Source: Gammaproteobacteria bacterium
Lineage (GTDB): Bacteria > Pseudomonadota > Gammaproteobacteria > Pseudomonadales > Pseudohongiellaceae
NCBI GenBank assembly: GCA_002731775.1
Contig: PCCP01000082.1
Coordinates: forward strand, 2,091-66,090
Length of the DNA: 64,000 nucleotides
Reading direction: 5' to 3'
The stretch's first letter is position 1; each line of letters starts with the position of its first letter. Under the pieces are notes generated by a model, which had not been told where the DNA came from, did no database searches, and saw only the letters and a program-made list of their open reading frames with translations. Positions 60,314 to 64,000 of this stretch are shown one piece after another. The position numbers and the translations under genes were made by a program.

Positions 60314-61735
60314 TCAGTCTTCCGCGCTATCGTCCACAGGCTCCAGCAGCGGAATGTCAGCCATGCACAGCGGACAGCCAATCAGGTGATCATTTTTAGT
60401 CAGGCCCAGGCGCTCGCGACGTTCCGCCATCTCCTGCACGAACTGTTCATCGGTCAACTCCACGGATTGCCCAAGATGGAGAAACATATTGGTGACCGAT
60501 CGATTGCCGGAGCCAGACCAGTTTCTCGCGTCCACCACATTGGGGTTGCTGGCGATGTTGTCCATGTAACCGATCATATGAAGAATGGTACCCTTGGGCA
60601 GCAGCGGCGCATAATCATCCTCGAAGGTATATTGCTTGACCCAGTTGTGGTCGTAACCGGAGCAGGCCAGGGTCTCGATCTGGTTGCCCCAGATGGCTTC
60701 CAAACACATACGCGCGCCGGGCGAATGCAGGTGCGGCTCGAAAGAGGAGATCTTGGTGTGCTCCTTGAGCACGGTGTAGGTGTGCAGCTCCTGCCCCGGC
60801 ATATTTCCCTGGATGCTGATGTTGAGCCCATCGCCGAGTGACCACAGGGCTTTCTTATGTTTCGGTTCATAGCCCTTCGGGTGAAAATAGAATCCCAGTT
60901 CCATGTGGCCGTTGGTGTCGCGGCCATTGGAGTGCAGGTGATAAGTCAGGGGCATGACACTGGAGCCCGCTGCCAGCAGGCGCCCGGCCTTGGGATCGAA
61001 AATATCTGGATTGCGGCCCAACTCATGTACCGGCCAGGTATCGCGCTCGTCGCCTGCGCCGATCACGGTGGTCTGCCAGGTCATGTGATGGACGATGTAG
61101 AGTCCACCAACGATAGTGCCACCTGCGTCGGAGGATTGCACATCATTCACTTCCCGCATATCCACCGCACTGACGTAGCGGTTCTCGGTCAGCCCGGTCA
61201 GTACCGGCGTACCACCAACCCAGGCATCCGCCGCACCGCCAGGGACATAAAAATCCTCCAAGGGTATGATCAGATCCGGCGGTCCCAGCCGCCACTCGTT
61301 GGAATCCCTGAATTCGGGCACTGGCGGCAGGTTCTCCGGATTGCCTTGTGGCGCGCCGTTGTCAGCCCAGTGGGCGATTAGTTGTAGTTGCTCCTCGCTG
61401 AGTCGCTCGTCATCCTTTACCTGTTGGATACCGATACTCCGCTCCAGGTAATAAGGCGGCATGGCGCCCATCTTGTCCCGCAAACCGGTCTTGTACTTGA
61501 TCACCGGCGCCCAGGGACGAACTTCTTGATAAGTCATCAGCGACATCGGTGCCACGCTGCCGGCGCGATGACATTTCACGCAGTTCTCATAGAGAATGGG
61601 GGCGATATCCTCGGCGAAGGTGACTTCCCCCAGCGTGTCATGGGAAGCGGATGACTGTGCAGCGACGCTGAGTGGCAGTGCCAGGCCCAGCAGCACGATG
61701 CTGGCGACCCAGCCTGGGGTAATAGATAGACGCAT
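60314..61735 (-). CDS. exported cytochrome c domain fused to a PHM/DBH-like copper type II monooxygenase fold
   Basis: Start moved to ATG 61735. Heme motif CVKCH followed by GSVAPMSLMTYQEVRPWA. Then VHHM, about 50 aa, YHLH, about 70 aa, PHLH, about 55 aa, LHMIGYM. This spacing resembles the HH/H and HxH/M copper sites of PHM. Confidence 0.5.
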   Translation of the reverse strand: MRLSITPGWVASIVLLGLALPLSVAAQSSASHDTLGEVTFAEDIAPILYENCVKCHRAGSVAPMSLMTYQEVRPWAPVIKYKTGLRDKMGAMPPYYLERSIGIQQVKDDERLSEEQLQLIAHWADNGAPQGNPENLPPVPEFRDSNEWRLGPPDLIIPLEDFYVPGGAADAWVGGTPVLTGLTENRYVSAVDMREVNDVQSSDAGGTIVGGLYIVHHMTWQTTVIGAGDERDTWPVHELGRNPDIFDPKAGRLLAAGSSVMPLTYHLHSNGRDTNGHMELGFYFHPKGYEPKHKKALWSLGDGLNISIQGNMPGQELHTYTVLKEHTKISSFEPHLHSPGARMCLEAIWGNQIETLACSGYDHNWVKQYTFEDDYAPLLPKGTILHMIGYMDNIASNPNVVDARNWSGSGNRSVTNMFLHLGQSVELTDEQFVQEMAERRERLGLTKNDHLIGCPLCMADIPLLEPVDDSAED

Positions 61736-61934
61736 GGAGGCCTCTCCTTCAACCCTCACTAAAACCGGTAAAGCAGCGGGATTTTGAACGATTTGCAGTA
61801 GTTGGTTATTTCAACAGTTATCGGCCATTTACGCAATGCCATTCTGGACTTCCACTTCCGCTCAGCGGGTATAGCTCAGCCCGCCGATTAGTGCCAAACT
61901 GTCACCAAAAATACAGCCCTATGGAAGCCTACAA

Positions 61935-63875
61935 TTGAAAAATAAAATTCTACCGCTTACTTGCTTCACTATTTCTCTCTCCTTTTTGTTCACCTACTCG
62001 GCAATTACACAAGCTGCTGAAGTCAACTCTGCCTGGAGCTACTGGGGCGCAACCAAGGCGTTCAATCGCTACTCCCCGGCAGCTCAGATCGATGCTGAAA
62101 GCGTATCTGAGCTGAAAATCCTCTGGCGGCGCCCCGCCGTCGATTCCTCAATAATGAGGGCCTACCCGGAATTGCGGGTATCCGGCAATCTGCGCTCCAC
62201 GCCGATCCTGATCGATGGGGTGCTCTACGCCGCCAATGGTGTCGGCCTGGCAGAGGCCTTCGACCCAGCCACGGGCGCGACCCTGTGGGTGCAGCTGCCC
62301 GATGCCCCTACGCAGGAATCGGTGCGCGGGGGCAGTACCCGCGGCCTGGAATACTGGGCCGATGGCTCTGATAGCCAGCTGCTGGTGATTCGCAAGGGCT
62401 ACCTCTATGCCCTGGATCCGGCGAGCGGCAAAGCCATTCCCCGTTTCGGTGACGCTGGCCGGGTTAGTCTGATTCCAGCGGGCGCCCATTCCTACAGCTA
62501 CAATTCTGGCGGGCCCATCGTGGTGAACGATGTGATTGTGGTTGCCGGTACGGTTGACGGCGCTGGCGACAGCGGTGCCAAGTGGCGGGGCGTGGCCTCG
62601 GAGGACGTGCGGGGTTACGACGTACGAAGCGGGGAGCTATTGTGGACATTTCACGCGGTGCCGCAGGAGGGTGAATTTGGATTCGACACCTGGGAAAACG
62701 ACTCCGCAAGAGAGTCCGGTGACCTCGGTGCCTGGTGCTGCCTGAGTGCAGACGAGGATCTTGGCTATGTGTATGTGCCTTTCACCGCGCCGACGGCCGC
62801 CTATTACGGTGGCCACCGCCCCGGGGACAACCTCTATTCCAATAGCCTGGTGGCCATCGATGTGACTACCGGGGAACGAGTCTGGCATTTCCAGATGGTG
62901 CATCATGACGTCTGGGAATACGACAATGTTGGCCCGCCGGTGCTGGGTGAGATCAACGTCGATGGGCGCACCATCAAGGCGGTAATGCAGGCCAACAAGA
63001 CCGGCTGGGTGTATGTGTTCGATCGGGTCACGGGCGAACCGGTGTGGCCTATTGAGGAGCTGCCGGTGCCACAGTCCGGCACGCCCGGCGAAGTGATGTC
63101 GCCTACCCAGCCCTTCCCCACCCGGCCGGCACCGATTGCGAGCCAGGGTGTTAGCCAGGCGGACATCATCGACTTCCCGGAAGTGGGCCAGATCGCCCGG
63201 GCGACGGTCGCGAATTTTGTGATCGGCCCTATCTTCACGCCTCCGTCTATTGCCAGTGACGAAGTGGGTAGCACCCAGGGCACACTGACACTGCCGGGCT
63301 CTTGGGGCTCGGCGAACTGGAACACCGGCGCCTTCGATCCGGTGACCGGCTATTACTACGGCTTCGCCAATGACATTCCCCGGGTTTACCGTCTGCAACT
63401 GGCCACCCAGGACGATGCCGAGATGGATTACTGGAGCCCCAATCGCGAAGCGCCTTATATCGATGGCATCCCGCTCACCAAACCACCCTGGGGTCGGATC
63501 ACCGCGATTGACATGAATCGTGGCGAACATGTGTGGCAAGTGGCTAACGGGGATTCCCTCAGTGATCACCGGTTACTGGCCGATCTCGATCTGCCGACCC
63601 TGGGCATCGCCAGCCGGCCGGTGGCGCTGGTCACCAGCACGCTGCTATTTATAGGCGAAGGCAGCAACCTGCACGGTGGGATCCAGCCCAATATGTGGGG
63701 AAGGATGTTCAAGGCCTATGACAAGTTGACCGGTGAGTTGCTTTGGGAGATGGAGTTACCCTCGGCAACCACAGGGGGACCTATGAGCTACATGCACGGG
63801 GACAAGCAGTACATCGTAGTAGCGCTGGGAAGTTTGGGTGGTGCTGCAGAGTGGGTGGCATTGGGGCTGCCTTGA
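61935..63875 (+). CDS. PQQ-dependent quinoprotein dehydrogenase (second paralog), exported
   Basis: 646 aa, TTG start, signal peptide. GERVWHFQMVHHDVWEYD, TGEPVWPIEE, PPWGRITAIDMNRGE. Confidence 0.85.
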   Translation: MKNKILPLTCFTISLSFLFTYSAITQAAEVNSAWSYWGATKAFNRYSPAAQIDAESVSELKILWRRPAVDSSIMRAYPELRVSGNLRSTPILIDGVLYAANGVGLAEAFDPATGATLWVQLPDAPTQESVRGGSTRGLEYWADGSDSQLLVIRKGYLYALDPASGKAIPRFGDAGRVSLIPAGAHSYSYNSGGPIVVNDVIVVAGTVDGAGDSGAKWRGVASEDVRGYDVRSGELLWTFHAVPQEGEFGFDTWENDSARESGDLGAWCCLSADEDLGYVYVPFTAPTAAYYGGHRPGDNLYSNSLVAIDVTTGERVWHFQMVHHDVWEYDNVGPPVLGEINVDGRTIKAVMQANKTGWVYVFDRVTGEPVWPIEELPVPQSGTPGEVMSPTQPFPTRPAPIASQGVSQADIIDFPEVGQIARATVANFVIGPIFTPPSIASDEVGSTQGTLTLPGSWGSANWNTGAFDPVTGYYYGFANDIPRVYRLQLATQDDAEMDYWSPNREAPYIDGIPLTKPPWGRITAIDMNRGEHVWQVANGDSLSDHRLLADLDLPTLGIASRPVALVTSTLLFIGEGSNLHGGIQPNMWGRMFKAYDKLTGELLWEMELPSATTGGPMSYMHGDKQYIVVALGSLGGAAEWVALGLP

Positions 63876-63879
63876 GTAG

Positions 63880-63900
63880 AGTCCGGTCTCCCTCTGCACA
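63880..63900. repeat. R5-like half-site
   Basis: AGTCCGGTCTCCCTCTGCACA, 5 nt after the stop of 61935..63875. Confidence 0.45.
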
Positions 63901-64000
63901 TCGTGAGTGCGTATGATGCGGCCGTTGGTGGTGTGGTGGTGTGGCACTGTGAGCACCGCAAGCATTACAATTATCGGACCATCTGGATAACAGAGGAACC

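Noticed and set aside
61865-61879. tRNA-like 5-prime segment GCGGGTATAGCTCAG (acceptor plus D-arm look-alike), possibly an integration-site remnant.
   Set aside because: The sequence downstream does not continue into a D-stem closure, anticodon arm or T-arm. Fifteen nucleotides is too short to call.
1777-63900. Whether the abundant short repeats form a CRISPR array.
   Set aside because: The repeats are inverted pairs or solo half-sites scattered between genes. They are not regularly spaced direct repeats with unique spacers, and no cas genes are present.

Overview
64-kb chromosomal segment of a Gram-negative bacterium. Gene content and a mid-50s % GC (judged by eye) suggest a marine or oligotrophic gammaproteobacterium, but the taxon cannot be verified here. 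I saw no rRNA, tRNA, CRISPR array or prophage. There are about 55 intact CDSs, dominated by exported (Sec, lipoprotein or Tat) redox and hydrolytic enzymes. These include two paralogous PQQ quinoprotein dehydrogenases near the two ends, a soluble PQQ sugar dehydrogenase, a Tat flavoprotein with a cytochrome c, M14 and S9 peptidases, a formamidase, an amidohydrolase, acetoacetyl-CoA synthetase, a TonB-dependent receptor and a phnX-phnW 2-aminoethylphosphonate module. Three things stand out. (1) A seven-member family of uncharacterised secreted proteins ends in YEYACHEGNY, with five copies packed into 10.4-17.5 kb; nearby are small proteins whose predicted mature N-terminus is His-His. (2) A very dense superfamily of short palindromic intergenic repeats is present: roughly 70 half-sites by hand count, in at least six arm subfamilies sharing an AAAT(A/G)GGG(A/G)(A/T)CAG-like terminus. 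They fill most intergenic gaps, are nested in one another, repeatedly supply the stop codon or last residues of flanking CDSs, and one subfamily consistently points into downstream start codons. (3) A decayed mobile-element patch lies at 27.3-30.8 kb, with two fragments of a REP-associated Y1 transposase, an IS3 orfA stub and 24-nt direct repeats. It may be a fossil of the enzyme that spread the repeats. Other points: a secreted single-chain triple RidA, a cytochrome c-fused PHM/DBH-like copper monooxygenase operon, a PAL-like NHL propeller, a decayed HigB-like toxin with an intact antitoxin, and several in-frame stop codons. All functional calls come from motif recognition by eye; no database search was possible.
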